A stretch of 64,000 bases of DNA from Deltaproteobacteria bacterium (GTDB lineage: Bacteria; Desulfobacterota; DSM-4660; Desulfatiglandales; B25-G16), in contig CP070704.1 in NCBI GenBank assembly GCA_020349945.1, positions 2,093,681 through 2,157,680 on the forward strand. The letters are read 5' to 3'. The position numbers and the translations under genes were made by a program. The notes under the pieces are model-generated. The model was not told where the DNA came from, did no database searches, and saw only the letters and a list, made by a program, of their open reading frames with translations. Positions 1 to 8,830 of the stretch are shown here, piece by piece (position 1 is the first letter of the stretch; every line of letters begins with the position of its first letter).

Positions 1-564
1 GAACCCAGTAGCATCTCCTATAACCAGTGTACACTCTTTTTCCTCAAACAATGCCATATGGCAGGGGGAATGACCAGGCGTATAGTAAACCGTCCATACA
101 ATCCCGTTCCCCAGGTCTATTGTATCCCCTTCCTCAACCGCCCAATCAACCTGAAAATTATATTCTTCCGGAGCAGGAGGCAATACCTCGATTTCTCCTT
201 TTGCCTTCATTATCTCGCCAATGCCGCGGTCAACGTAAAGGAACGGCTTGAGCATTTCCTCCGTGCAGAGGGCTTCTGCCGCGGCCGGACTGGCCACCAG
301 TTTAACGTGAGGCCAGAGATGCTTCAAATAAGGCAGTGCACCGATATGGTCAGGATGGCTATGGGTGAGGGCAATGTATTTTATCCTTTTCTGATCAATG
401 TCCAACTTTTCTATCTGTTGTATCATAATCTTTGTAGTGGGTCCGGTACCCCCTTCGATGATCATCCCATCCTCCCCTATTGATAAATACGCCGGAAAGT
501 CATGGGTGCCAATCTGATAAAAATTTGGTGTAATGGTAATAGGTTTATAGTTTTTGTCAGTCAT
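1..564 (-). CDS. MBL-fold metallo-hydrolase (N-terminal 188 codons; C-terminus lies beyond the left edge)
   Basis: Absent from the ORF track because it has no in-window stop. Reverse-strand ATG at 564-562 is preceded by GGAGG. Translation MTDKNYKPITITPNFYQIG...ALTHSHPDHIGALPYL...YTPGHSPCHMALF carries the HxHxDH motif. The frame stays open to base 1. Confidence 0.8.
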   Translation of the reverse strand, partial: MTDKNYKPITITPNFYQIGTHDFPAYLSIGEDGMIIEGGTGPTTKIMIQQIEKLDIDQKRIKYIALTHSHPDHIGALPYLKHLWPHVKLVASPAAAEALCTEEMLKPFLYVDRGIGEIMKAKGEIEVLPPAPEEYNFQVDWAVEEGDTIDLGNGIVWTVYYTPGHSPCHMALFEEKECTLVIGDATGF

Positions 565-705
565 TTACTTTGCCTCCTCGTCTATGTAGTCGCCGCATTT
601 TGCTTGTTTCAATGGATTCAGCACTAAGAATGAAATCGCGCTGCCTCAGGTGAAGACCGACTCAGTAGCTAAAGTTGAGTCAATTAGCAGATTACCGGTA
701 TTTTG

Positions 706-920
706 TCAAGGGAAAGGGGGCCACAGGATATGCGGTTTTGGAGTTAGACTATGCTGTCATAGTCTGTGAATGCTCCCAAAGGTGGAGTGGTAGGCGTGTT
801 CAATGATGGAGGCCTTTGGGCTTGACTGCTCCTTTGGCTGGGTTTTAACGAACCTGTCCGTCAATCCTACGGCAGCTTTTGCAGGAGACATAAGTCTCAA
901 TCGGATAATCAGGATCCTTG
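706..920 (+). repeat. Unclassified ~215-bp direct repeat, copy A
   Basis: Colinear with 4376-4592, roughly 80-85% identity by eye. Block 731-773 is identical to 4401-4443. Contains a perfect hairpin AGACTATG-CTGT-CATAGTCT at 746-765, and one CCAAAGG followed by two CCTTTGG. Confidence 0.85.
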
Positions 921-1175
921 TAGAGGTAATCCTCAGAGATGGGACCTGGGAATTTGAGCAATCTAATTGAATACGGACTGGTGGAGCATTGGCCTTGGGT
1001 GGGAGGTCTTGCGTCTCTGTGCTTGACTTTTCCTGCCATTTGACCTAGTTTGACTTTCGCAAATAACGGCGCGAATTATTGTAGGCTTACCATGAGTCTA
1101 TAATAAGAACATGAGGGGCCGTGTCGGAGCTACGATAATAAGTTTCATAATTAAATCCAAGAAAGGAGGTGCAAA

Positions 1176-1298
1176 ATGGGAATTCAATTGATTCTATGGA
1201 TTATTCCCACCATCGTGAGTATTTTGTTAGGGATTTTTTGGGCCTTTGTTATCCTGCCTAAGCAGATCGAGGGGGACTCAGAAGACGTCGAAGGTTAG
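1176..1298 (+). CDS. Small single-TM protein (symporter small accessory subunit-like), 40 aa
   Basis: Below the ORF-track size cutoff. AAAGGAGG lies 6 nt upstream of the ATG. Sequence MGIQLILWIIPTIVSILLGIFWAFVILPKQIEGDSEDVEG is one hydrophobic helix plus an acidic tail. It sits 34 nt upstream of the SSS transporter, a known arrangement for SSS accessory peptides. Confidence 0.6.
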   Translation: MGIQLILWIIPTIVSILLGIFWAFVILPKQIEGDSEDVEG

Positions 1299-1332
1299 AC
1301 TTCTGTAAAGCAAAAAGGTTAGGAGGTTAAAA

Positions 1333-2835
1333 ATGCAAGCAGGAACATGGATATTTCTTGGGATTTATCTGGCAGGTGTTATGGTTATCGCGTATTTCGG
1401 CTCCAAGAGAACAAAAACCATGGAGGACTACTTCCTGGCGTCCAGGAGGCTGGGACCAGTTGTTTTGGGGTTTTCCTTTTTGGCCACATGGCTCCATATC
1501 ACGTTTGTGATGGGGGCTCCAACGCTGTCTTTCCTAGCGGGATACGGGGCATGGACCATAGTCCCTTTGAACATAATCATATCTATAGTCCTCTGCTTCT
1601 GGATATTGGCTTTGCCTCTGCGCAGGATGAGCGGGAAGTTGGACGCTACAACTCTCCCAGAGTTCTTCAAAAAGAGGTTTGAGTCAGGGAGAATGAGTGT
1701 GGTCTCTAGTATTATTATTATCATCTCTTTATTCACTTACCTTGGTGCCATCTATGTGGGGGCAGCAACTGCCTGTGAAGCCCTTCTGGGTATCCCCTAT
1801 ATCTGGGGACTTGTAGTGGTGACTTTTCTTGTGGTAATTTACACCAGCCTCGGAGGGTTCTTTGGGGTCTGCTGGACCGATTTTGCCCAGGGGATAATAG
1901 TTTTCATTTGCCTCGTGGTGGTTTTCGTCTTTTCCTTCGCTAAAATCGGCGGCTTTGGGGGACTTCACGAAAGCCTCTTAGCTCAGAATCCCAGACTCGT
2001 GCAGTGGCCCCTTGAAGGAGGCTTTGAAGGAATCTTTTCCATTCCCTTCAGCCTGATCTTGGCATTCGGATTTTTGTCCGCCTTCTCTTCATGGGCTGAA
2101 ACCCCTGCTGTGATAAGGTTTTTCGCCTTGAGATCGCTTAGAGATATGAAGAAGATGATCCTGGTAGTCCTCTTCTTTGTAGCTGTCTTTTTGATTACAG
2201 ACGTGTTTATCGGTATGGTGGGCAGGACTATGTTCAACCTTGAGACTGTCGGAAACCCAGACCTTATACTTCCTCTGACTATGAAAGAGGTTGCGCCGAT
2301 GTGGCTTGCTAGTTTCTTCCTAGTTGCCCTTGTCGCTTCCGGTATGGGTGCCATAGATTCCTATCTTCTCGTCTTAACCTCAAGCCTCACAAAGGACATA
2401 TACCAAGGAGCCATTAACCCGAAAGTCTCCTCCAAAACGATGCTTACTTTGAGCCGGATTGTGACCATAGTCATCGGTGTAGGTATATTTTTGGTAGTTA
2501 TGAAAAGACCCACCACCCTTCTCAGTTTTCTCGCTGCTTCTATGGGAATGCTGCTGTCAAGCCTGGTAGTTCCTCTGCTCTTCGGTCTATACTGGAAGAG
2601 ATCGACAGACCTCGCAGGGGTTACCGCTATGATCGTGGGATTTGTCTCTTTCCTGCTGTTTTCCACCTTTGTCTTTGGATGGGGAACTATAGAATGTACC
2701 ATGTCCGCAGGACCTGCTACGGCGATTAATATCTTGGTCTTCTTGGCCGTAAGCCTTTTCACAAAGGCCCCATCTCAGGAACTGCTGGACAAGGCATTCC
2801 TGAAGAGTAAACCCTTGGAGGCAGCAAGCGCTTAA
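1333..2835 (+). CDS. Sodium:solute symporter (SSS) family transporter
   Basis: 500-aa polytopic membrane protein with about 13 hydrophobic segments and SSS-like composition. RBS AGGAGG lies upstream. Confidence 0.88.
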   Translation: MQAGTWIFLGIYLAGVMVIAYFGSKRTKTMEDYFLASRRLGPVVLGFSFLATWLHITFVMGAPTLSFLAGYGAWTIVPLNIIISIVLCFWILALPLRRMSGKLDATTLPEFFKKRFESGRMSVVSSIIIIISLFTYLGAIYVGAATACEALLGIPYIWGLVVVTFLVVIYTSLGGFFGVCWTDFAQGIIVFICLVVVFVFSFAKIGGFGGLHESLLAQNPRLVQWPLEGGFEGIFSIPFSLILAFGFLSAFSSWAETPAVIRFFALRSLRDMKKMILVVLFFVAVFLITDVFIGMVGRTMFNLETVGNPDLILPLTMKEVAPMWLASFFLVALVASGMGAIDSYLLVLTSSLTKDIYQGAINPKVSSKTMLTLSRIVTIVIGVGIFLVVMKRPTTLLSFLAASMGMLLSSLVVPLLFGLYWKRSTDLAGVTAMIVGFVSFLLFSTFVFGWGTIECTMSAGPATAINILVFLAVSLFTKAPSQELLDKAFLKSKPLEAASA

Positions 2836-2860
2836 GAAATTGTGATTAAAGGGGGATAAA

Positions 2861-2901
2861 GGACCGGCTTCATCTAACAAGATGGGCCGGTTCATTTTTT
2901 T
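2861..2901 (+). terminator. Rho-independent terminator-like hairpin between symporter and amidase genes
   Basis: GGACCGGC...GCCGGTTC forms an 8-bp stem (one G-U), with inner CATCT/AGATG pairing, followed by ATTTTTTT. Confidence 0.6.
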
Positions 2902-2936
2902 AGACCATAAAATTTCTTATTTGAGGGAGGCAAGAT

Positions 2937-4136
2937 ATGGGAAAAGAGAGAAGAAAACCAATAGCCCCATATATGGCGGTGGGGTTATCTACTGTTGTCT
3001 ACGGGATAAGCAAAAGAGCAGATATAAAACGTAATCTCGCTACCATCGAGGACGCTATTCACGGAGCCATGTCAGTTGTGGGTATAAATATGCCTGTCAA
3101 GATCATCGCCCTTTCAGAGGGTGCCATGACAGGATTTACAGATGAATGTTTCGATATGCCCCACAGTGTGGCAGCTAGAGATCTGTTTATAGAAGTCCCA
3201 GGTGAAGAGACGGACTTTTTGGGGAGGCTCGCCAAACATTACGAGACATTCATAATAGGTCAATCTAAAGCCAGGTGGCCCGAGGTCATCAAAGATAGGT
3301 TTTTCAACACTATGTTCATCATTGATCCTAAAGGTAAGGTAGTCCATAAAGCCGCCAAGAATATGATCTGGTGTCGGGAGCATTCTTGCACCCCCCATGA
3401 CGTCTACGACCTCTGGATAGAGAAGTTCGGCGAGACTTTGGAGGCATTTTATCCCGTCCTAAAAACCGAAGACATAGGCAGCATCGGCACTATATGCTGT
3501 AGTGATGGTGAATACCCGGAAGCTGTAAGGGCTCTCGCTTTCAATGGAGCCGAAGTGGTCTACCGCCCCAGCGAAGCTGTACCAATGACTACCAGTAGTT
3601 ACCCGGGCGGCGGTGGCTGGATGATCCAAAACCGGGGCCATGCCCAGTTCAATTCGGTCTACATGATCTGCCCCAACGTCGGGCCGGTATACATACACCC
3701 CGGAATGAAACACCCCTTTGACATCAGCGGAGGGAACTCTCATATCGTAGACTATCTTGGGAATGTTATATCCTATAGTGCTTCTGGTTACAACTCCGTA
3801 GTAGCTGCTATAATCGACATTGAAGCGCTTAGAAACTTCAGAACTATGAACCTAAATAGCAACTGGATAAAGGATATGCGTATGGAACTTTTCAGGAAGA
3901 TGTACGAAAAACCACTGCACCCAAAGAACCTATGGATAGACAAAGAACCTATGGGTAATGAAGAGGTTGACAAGGTTTACAGAGGTAACATAGAAAAACT
4001 CATAGAAAGGGGTACATATACACCGCCGGCGAACGATTTTGAAGGATGTAAGTATATCCCTGCTGCTCTCGATCCGGCTGACGAGGAATGGGAAAATGTC
4101 AAACATCTCTGGGATGGATGGGAGGATGAAGAATAA
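2937..4136 (+). CDS. Carbon-nitrogen hydrolase family protein (nitrilase/amidase superfamily)
   Basis: 399 aa. Candidate Glu-Lys-Cys triad contexts are ALSEGAMTG, HKAAKNMIW and ICCSDGEYPE. RBS GGGAGG lies upstream. Confidence 0.85.
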   Translation: MGKERRKPIAPYMAVGLSTVVYGISKRADIKRNLATIEDAIHGAMSVVGINMPVKIIALSEGAMTGFTDECFDMPHSVAARDLFIEVPGEETDFLGRLAKHYETFIIGQSKARWPEVIKDRFFNTMFIIDPKGKVVHKAAKNMIWCREHSCTPHDVYDLWIEKFGETLEAFYPVLKTEDIGSIGTICCSDGEYPEAVRALAFNGAEVVYRPSEAVPMTTSSYPGGGGWMIQNRGHAQFNSVYMICPNVGPVYIHPGMKHPFDISGGNSHIVDYLGNVISYSASGYNSVVAAIIDIEALRNFRTMNLNSNWIKDMRMELFRKMYEKPLHPKNLWIDKEPMGNEEVDKVYRGNIEKLIERGTYTPPANDFEGCKYIPAALDPADEEWENVKHLWDGWEDEE

Positions 4137-4375
4137 AGAAGACCATCTATTTTGCGGGTTCAATTTCTCACCATTGACAGCAGAATAGTTATAGGCTCTC
4201 AAGGCATGCGGAAAAGCGGAGGGCTTTATGGGCAAGGTCGATCAAAGATATTGAGAAAGTCATATTAGCCCAACGTTTGAAAAAGGCCTCTCTTCCAGAT
4301 TTTCCTTCTGGATTCGAGATTAATCATAAGAATTCCCTTAGCTGGAGGAAAATATAGGTGAAGTGGCCTTGTATG

Positions 4376-4592
4376 TTAAGGGAAAAGGGACGAAAAGGTA
4401 TGCGGTTTTGGAGTTAGACTATGCTGTCATAGTCTGTGAATGCAGCCAAAGGTATAGTGGTAGGTGTGTTCAATGATGGGGCCTTTGGGCGCGACTGCTC
4501 CTTTGGCTGGACTTTGACGAACTTGTCGCCCAATCATATAGCTGCTACTGAAATCAGGAGGCATAGGTCTCAGTCAGATAATCAGGCTCTTG
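4376..4592 (+). repeat. Unclassified ~215-bp direct repeat, copy B
   Basis: Aligns with 706-920 and carries the same perfect hairpin at 4416-4435. One 1-nt and one 4-nt indel relative to copy A. Its 3' end coincides with the start of the guaA fragment. Confidence 0.85.
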
Positions 4593-5009
4593 GATAAAGA
4601 ACTTGGTCTCCCTGATGATATTATATATCGCCATCCCTTCCCGGGCCCCGACCTGCCAGTAAGGATTCTTGGCGAGGTGACCCCAAGACGTCTGTCCATT
4701 CTGCGAGAGGCGGATCATATCCTGATAAGGGAGGCCAAGAAGGGCAATCGTTACCAAAGACTCCCGCAGTCTTTCGCAATCCTCTTACCCGTGAAAAGTG
4801 TCGGCGTCATGGGGGATAAGCGGACCTACGAACATATTGTGGTCATCAGGGCCGTAAACAGTCTTGATGCCATGACTGCGGATTGGGCAAGGCTGCCTCA
4901 TTCTCTTTTGGCTAGGATCTCAAACCGCATCATAAATGAGATAAAGGGCGTTAATAGGGTAGTCTATGATATCAGCTCTAAACCGCCAAGCACTATCGAA
5001 TGGGAGTAA
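4590..5009 (+). pseudogene. guaA: GMP synthase 3'-terminal fragment (last ~139 codons only)
   Basis: Translation ...[26 protein letters not shown]...[20 protein letters not shown]...[16 protein letters not shown] matches the GuaA C-terminal dimerisation region. No PP-loop or GATase domain appears upstream in any frame. There is an in-frame stop at 4539-4541 and only a TTG start. Confidence 0.85.
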
Positions 5010-5018
5010 GACCACCCT

Positions 5019-5666
5019 ATGATTGCTATTATTGACTATAGGGCCGGAAATCTCGCCAGTATTGCTTGGGCCATAGAGCATGTTGGATTTGAATGCCGGA
5101 TTACCCATGATGTAGAGGAGATACTAGGGGCTGATAGGGTTATCTTCCCAGGGGTTGGATCTGCAGGACAGGCCATGCGGGATCTACGAAGACTGGGGCT
5201 TGACCAGGCCATATATGATCTCTATGAATCCGGTAAGCCGTTCTTGGGCATCTGTCTGGGGACCCAGATAATCCTAGAAGAGAGTGAGGAAAACCAGACC
5301 ACCTGTCTCGGATTGCTCCCCGGCACTGTAAAACATTTTCCTACGCCGCTCCTCTCAGATGAAGGCAAAAATCTCAAGGTGCCGCACATGGGCTGGAACC
5401 AGGTAAAGCTCCAAAGGCTGCATCCAGTTTTCAAGGGTCTTGCCCCGGAAAGTGAGTTTTATTTCGTTCACAGCTATTATCCAGCGCCGGCGGATAGACA
5501 GGCCATCATCGGCACAACTGATCATGGAATAACATTTACCAGTGTACTGGGCGAAAAAAATCTCATTGCTGTCCAATTTCATCCGGAAAAGAGCGGACCT
5601 CCCGGCTTGAGCATCCTCAAAAACTTCTGCCTGTGGAATGGAGAGGATGAGGGGCAAGCCCTCTAG
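5019..5666 (+). CDS. hisH: Imidazole glycerol phosphate synthase, glutamine amidotransferase subunit
   Basis: 215 aa with IAIIDYRAGNL, GVGSAG, GICLGTQ (catalytic Cys), VPHMGWN and AVQFHPEKSG motifs. Confidence 0.92.
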   Translation: MIAIIDYRAGNLASIAWAIEHVGFECRITHDVEEILGADRVIFPGVGSAGQAMRDLRRLGLDQAIYDLYESGKPFLGICLGTQIILEESEENQTTCLGLLPGTVKHFPTPLLSDEGKNLKVPHMGWNQVKLQRLHPVFKGLAPESEFYFVHSYYPAPADRQAIIGTTDHGITFTSVLGEKNLIAVQFHPEKSGPPGLSILKNFCLWNGEDEGQAL

Positions 5667-6852
5667 CCGCAGCAAAAATCCGCTCCCTGTTTACAGGCTG
5701 AACCTGTTTTACGATCCACTCACGAACTCTTTCCCCCGCAGGCATTGACTGTTTATAGCTCATGAAATCAAGTTGCACATCCAGGGCATCTGCGACCATA
5801 GTTGCCAGAAGAGGCCAGATCTCACCAATATCACCGACAATGGGGAGACTGCCGGGAATCCTTGCAAATCCTGACATCTCCATGCGGAAAGGGATACGCA
5901 TAAGCTTGGTCTTAGGGAGGCCTCTGTGGACCGCATCGGTGACCATTTTCGACCTGCGTTCCTGCGCCCATGCCTTCTCCAGATTGGGGTCTAGGTCAAT
6001 ACGTACGATCTTCTTGTCAGCAAGGTAATAGGTCCATCCCCCTCCCCAGTCAGCCCATACCCCATGGCCAGTGAATAATTCAAAGGGTCCATCGTGGACT
6101 TCCTGCGAAAGGGCGAGGGCAGATTCAATAATCACGTCTCCGCTATCAAGAAGTGCTGCAATTCGCCGACAGCGCTCTGATATAGATAGAGAATCCCCGA
6201 TAGCGAGTCCCACCTCGCCGCCCCCCACCAGCTGGGGTACGGTAACCAGTACGGGAATCTTGAGTTCAGCGCCAGCTCCAATCATAGTAAGGCGATCAGC
6301 GCCATAACCAACCATCTGTTCGAAAGGTAGGCCGCAACGCTTTGCGAGAGCAAGAACGTCGCGGGCAAGCCTTTCGGTCCGCAGCCCTGTAGGGTATGCA
6401 ATGTTTCCGGCAACCTTGATGATAATGTCTCCTTTGGCCTGGCGCATCCTTTGATACAGGGCCATGTCGATGGGAATTTCGCGCCGAAATTCCTCAAGCC
6501 TTGCCTTGGAAAGGATACTGACCTCAAAAAATCCGTCCGAAGGGAGTTTCTCCCGTTCAAATCCGAAGGCCCCTCCATCGAACCTCTTCACCCTTTCCAG
6601 CGTGCCAGCCATCTCGTGATTGATAACAGCAGAACTGGTAGAAACACCATCGATAATTCCCTTGTGGATGAGTTCTGCGATAAGGGTAGTCACGCCCTCA
6701 TGCAGATTCGGGCCGCTGCCCACCACGGCTACCACCTTGCCTCCCTTTTCCTTGGCCTTAACGACCACCTCTGTAGCTTGCTTCAGCCTCGCTTTGGCTT
6801 TTGGAGGCAAGCTGTTGTACATATCTCCAATGGCCTTTCGATCAATAACCAT
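5617..6852 (-). CDS. Hypothetical protein, possibly deoxyhypusine-synthase-like fold
   Basis: 411-aa ORF with GGAGG RBS, 13 nt downstream of waaA. The segment GSGPNLHEGVTTLIAELIHKGIIDGVSTSSAV loosely resembles the DHS-family nucleotide-binding region. The family assignment is weak. Confidence 0.7.
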   Translation of the reverse strand: MVIDRKAIGDMYNSLPPKAKARLKQATEVVVKAKEKGGKVVAVVGSGPNLHEGVTTLIAELIHKGIIDGVSTSSAVINHEMAGTLERVKRFDGGAFGFEREKLPSDGFFEVSILSKARLEEFRREIPIDMALYQRMRQAKGDIIIKVAGNIAYPTGLRTERLARDVLALAKRCGLPFEQMVGYGADRLTMIGAGAELKIPVLVTVPQLVGGGEVGLAIGDSLSISERCRRIAALLDSGDVIIESALALSQEVHDGPFELFTGHGVWADWGGGWTYYLADKKIVRIDLDPNLEKAWAQERRSKMVTDAVHRGLPKTKLMRIPFRMEMSGFARIPGSLPIVGDIGEIWPLLATMVADALDVQLDFMSYKQSMPAGERVREWIVKQVQPVNRERIFAAARGLAPHPLHSTGRSF

Positions 6853-6865
6853 GAGTTCACCTCCT

Positions 6866-8197
6866 CTAGCGCAAACATCCAGATCCTTGCAGAACCAAAC
6901 CTCTGGTCAGTCCTGCTATCACCTTTGCATGTTTTTCCGCAGCGTTCTGGTTCCTTATGACGGCTTGCCTCGCTCGAGCAGCGTAGCTTTTCAAGGCATC
7001 TGGATGTCTAAGGAACCAGATTGCCTTTTCCGCCAACATTTCAGGGCTCGAGATGGGTATCCCCCCGCCACCCTCCTCTAACAGCGCCTTTGCGTCAAGA
7101 AAATCTTCCATGGAGGGCCCGTAAAAGACCGCCTTCCCCCAGACTGCTGGTTCCAGGGGATTCTGCCCACCCAGCGGCACGAGGCTTGCTCCACAAAACA
7201 CGATGGTTCCAACACTGTAAAGCTTGAATAGTACCCCAAAGGCGTTGATGATGACAACTGGCTCCCTACGTCTTGCCCCCTTGCTGTCAAGCTCACTCCA
7301 AAGCTGATACCTAAAGCCACGCCTTTCAACCAGGGATCCAATCTCTGCTGTTCGCTCAATATGCCTGGGTGCAATGATCAAAACCGTGTCGGGAAATTCC
7401 CTTGCGATCTTTTCATAGGCACCTAACACCGCCGCCTCCTCACCTCCACGTGTGCTGCCGGCAATGAAGACCTGCTGCGAGGCTTTAAGATTCAAGATCT
7501 GCCGCATTTCTCTTTCTATAGCAGGGTCTGCAAGGCTTGCGAGCAAATCATATTTGGCATTGCCGTTTATCTCGATTTTCTTCGGATCAGCTCCGAGCGC
7601 CCTAATACGAGCCCCATCTACTTCCAATATCATGCTGAAGGCATCAACATTTCTCAAGACCTCACGAAAAAAGCGCCGGAACCTGAGATAACCCCCGATC
7701 GATCTTACGGAGATCCGGCCATTAACCAGAGCGGTTTTGATGCCCATCCGCCGAGCCTCAGCAAGCCATGCAGGCCAGATTTCAGTCTCCAGAAAAACGA
7801 GTACGTCCGGCCGCGCACGGGAAAGTGCCTTGCGTACTGAACCAATAAAATCGATTGGCGCATATACGACGGGAATATCGTCCCCGAAGGTCTCCGTTGC
7901 AAGTTGGCGGCCGTGTTTGGTGGTCGCTGAAACGATGACAGAGCAGCTTGGCTGGATCTGCCTGAGAGCTATAATGATAGGGACAGCTACCTTGACCTCC
8001 CCCAGGGAAACCGCATGAATCCAGACGCGGGGTGACCCTGAGAGGGTCCGTGCGAGTTTTGGGGGTATAAAACCCAGGCGCTCTCTCAGATTCTCACCGT
8101 AGCGTCCGCTCAGGCGAGTATAGATCCAAAAGGGCGGAAAACAAGACAGGAACAGGCTGCTCGTCAGAAGAGTGTATGCCCCGTAAAGAATGTTCAT
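6866..8197 (-). CDS. waaA: 3-deoxy-D-manno-octulosonic acid (Kdo) transferase
   Basis: 443 aa with an N-terminal membrane anchor and the WIHAVSLGE signature of Kdo transferases. Confidence 0.9.
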   Translation of the reverse strand: MNILYGAYTLLTSSLFLSCFPPFWIYTRLSGRYGENLRERLGFIPPKLARTLSGSPRVWIHAVSLGEVKVAVPIIIALRQIQPSCSVIVSATTKHGRQLATETFGDDIPVVYAPIDFIGSVRKALSRARPDVLVFLETEIWPAWLAEARRMGIKTALVNGRISVRSIGGYLRFRRFFREVLRNVDAFSMILEVDGARIRALGADPKKIEINGNAKYDLLASLADPAIEREMRQILNLKASQQVFIAGSTRGGEEAAVLGAYEKIAREFPDTVLIIAPRHIERTAEIGSLVERRGFRYQLWSELDSKGARRREPVVIINAFGVLFKLYSVGTIVFCGASLVPLGGQNPLEPAVWGKAVFYGPSMEDFLDAKALLEEGGGGIPISSPEMLAEKAIWFLRHPDALKSYAARARQAVIRNQNAAEKHAKVIAGLTRGLVLQGSGCLR

Positions 8198-8505
8198 GGC
8201 CTCATCCTTATGTCGGTGTGCACCCAGTCTATTGGGCTACGCTCCTTAGGGCTATTCTATGACCGTGAAATTTCAAGGGAAACTATCATAAATCCCTATT
8301 CAAGGCAAGGGACTCTTAGAATTGGTCCCTCATTTTCATTCTTTCTTACCTGCCCCTTGTCCATCTCATTGTGTAAAATCCATCAAAAAGTGGAGAAAAA
8401 GTTCTTACTTTTGAGTAATTCTTTACCTGCAACTGCAGTTATCTTTCGAGTTGGCATGGGGTAACGACTTGAAATTTATTCCGAAAATGTGACCCTTGCT
8501 TCAAC

Positions 8506-8520
8506 TGGCACGCCTCTTGC
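8506..8520 (+). promoter_or_regulatory. Sigma-54 (-24/-12) promoter candidate
   Basis: cTGGCACGcctcTTGCT matches TGGCACG-N4-TTGCW at every conserved position. It is intergenic and oriented toward the amino-sugar operon. Confidence 0.55.
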
Positions 8521-8830
8521 TGCAAGTGTCTCTAAAGTTAGACTTGTATGACGAAATATTCTTCCCTGCTTACCTTAGTTCGTATGAGATAAAGAGAACA
8601 TGTGCTGATTATTATCCTGTTTCAATAAGAAAATTAGGGCTTCACATTCCAGCCTTACTTGATCTATGATACCAATCTTGTAATGGATCACATTCTGCCT
8701 CCAAGTGAACAGAGGGGGCATGCAGGCCGTTAGAGTCCTCGGAGAATGTGGTAAAAATACCACAGAGGAGAGGAATACCTGCAGAGAGATCCTGCAATCT
8801 GGCTGCACCGATAGGTTAAGGGTTTCTATT

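Noticed and set aside
706-920. Whether the direct repeats are integron attC sites, or a known riboswitch (purine, ZTP, guanidine, glutamine) given the guaA and transporter context.
   Set aside because: No conserved RYYYAAC/GTTRRRY cores are shared by both copies. None of the signature sequences I remember for those riboswitch classes is present. The repeat is left as unclassified.
845-1039. Minus-strand 64-aa ORF containing KFPGP, which at first looked like the GuaA HPFPGPG signature next to repeat copy A.
   Set aside because: Flanking residues are in mirror order relative to GuaA. The match comes from the self-complementary CCNGG codons of Pro-Gly. There is no RBS and no colinear similarity to GuaA on either strand.
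8575-8808. 77-aa minus-strand ORF, and the 8705/8720 upstream starts of the LbH gene, in the long intergenic region.
   Set aside because: There is no RBS and the composition is not protein-like for the minus ORF. The N-terminal extension (VNRGGMQAVRVLGECGKNTTEERNTC...) has no LbH character, although ATG 8720 cannot be strictly excluded.
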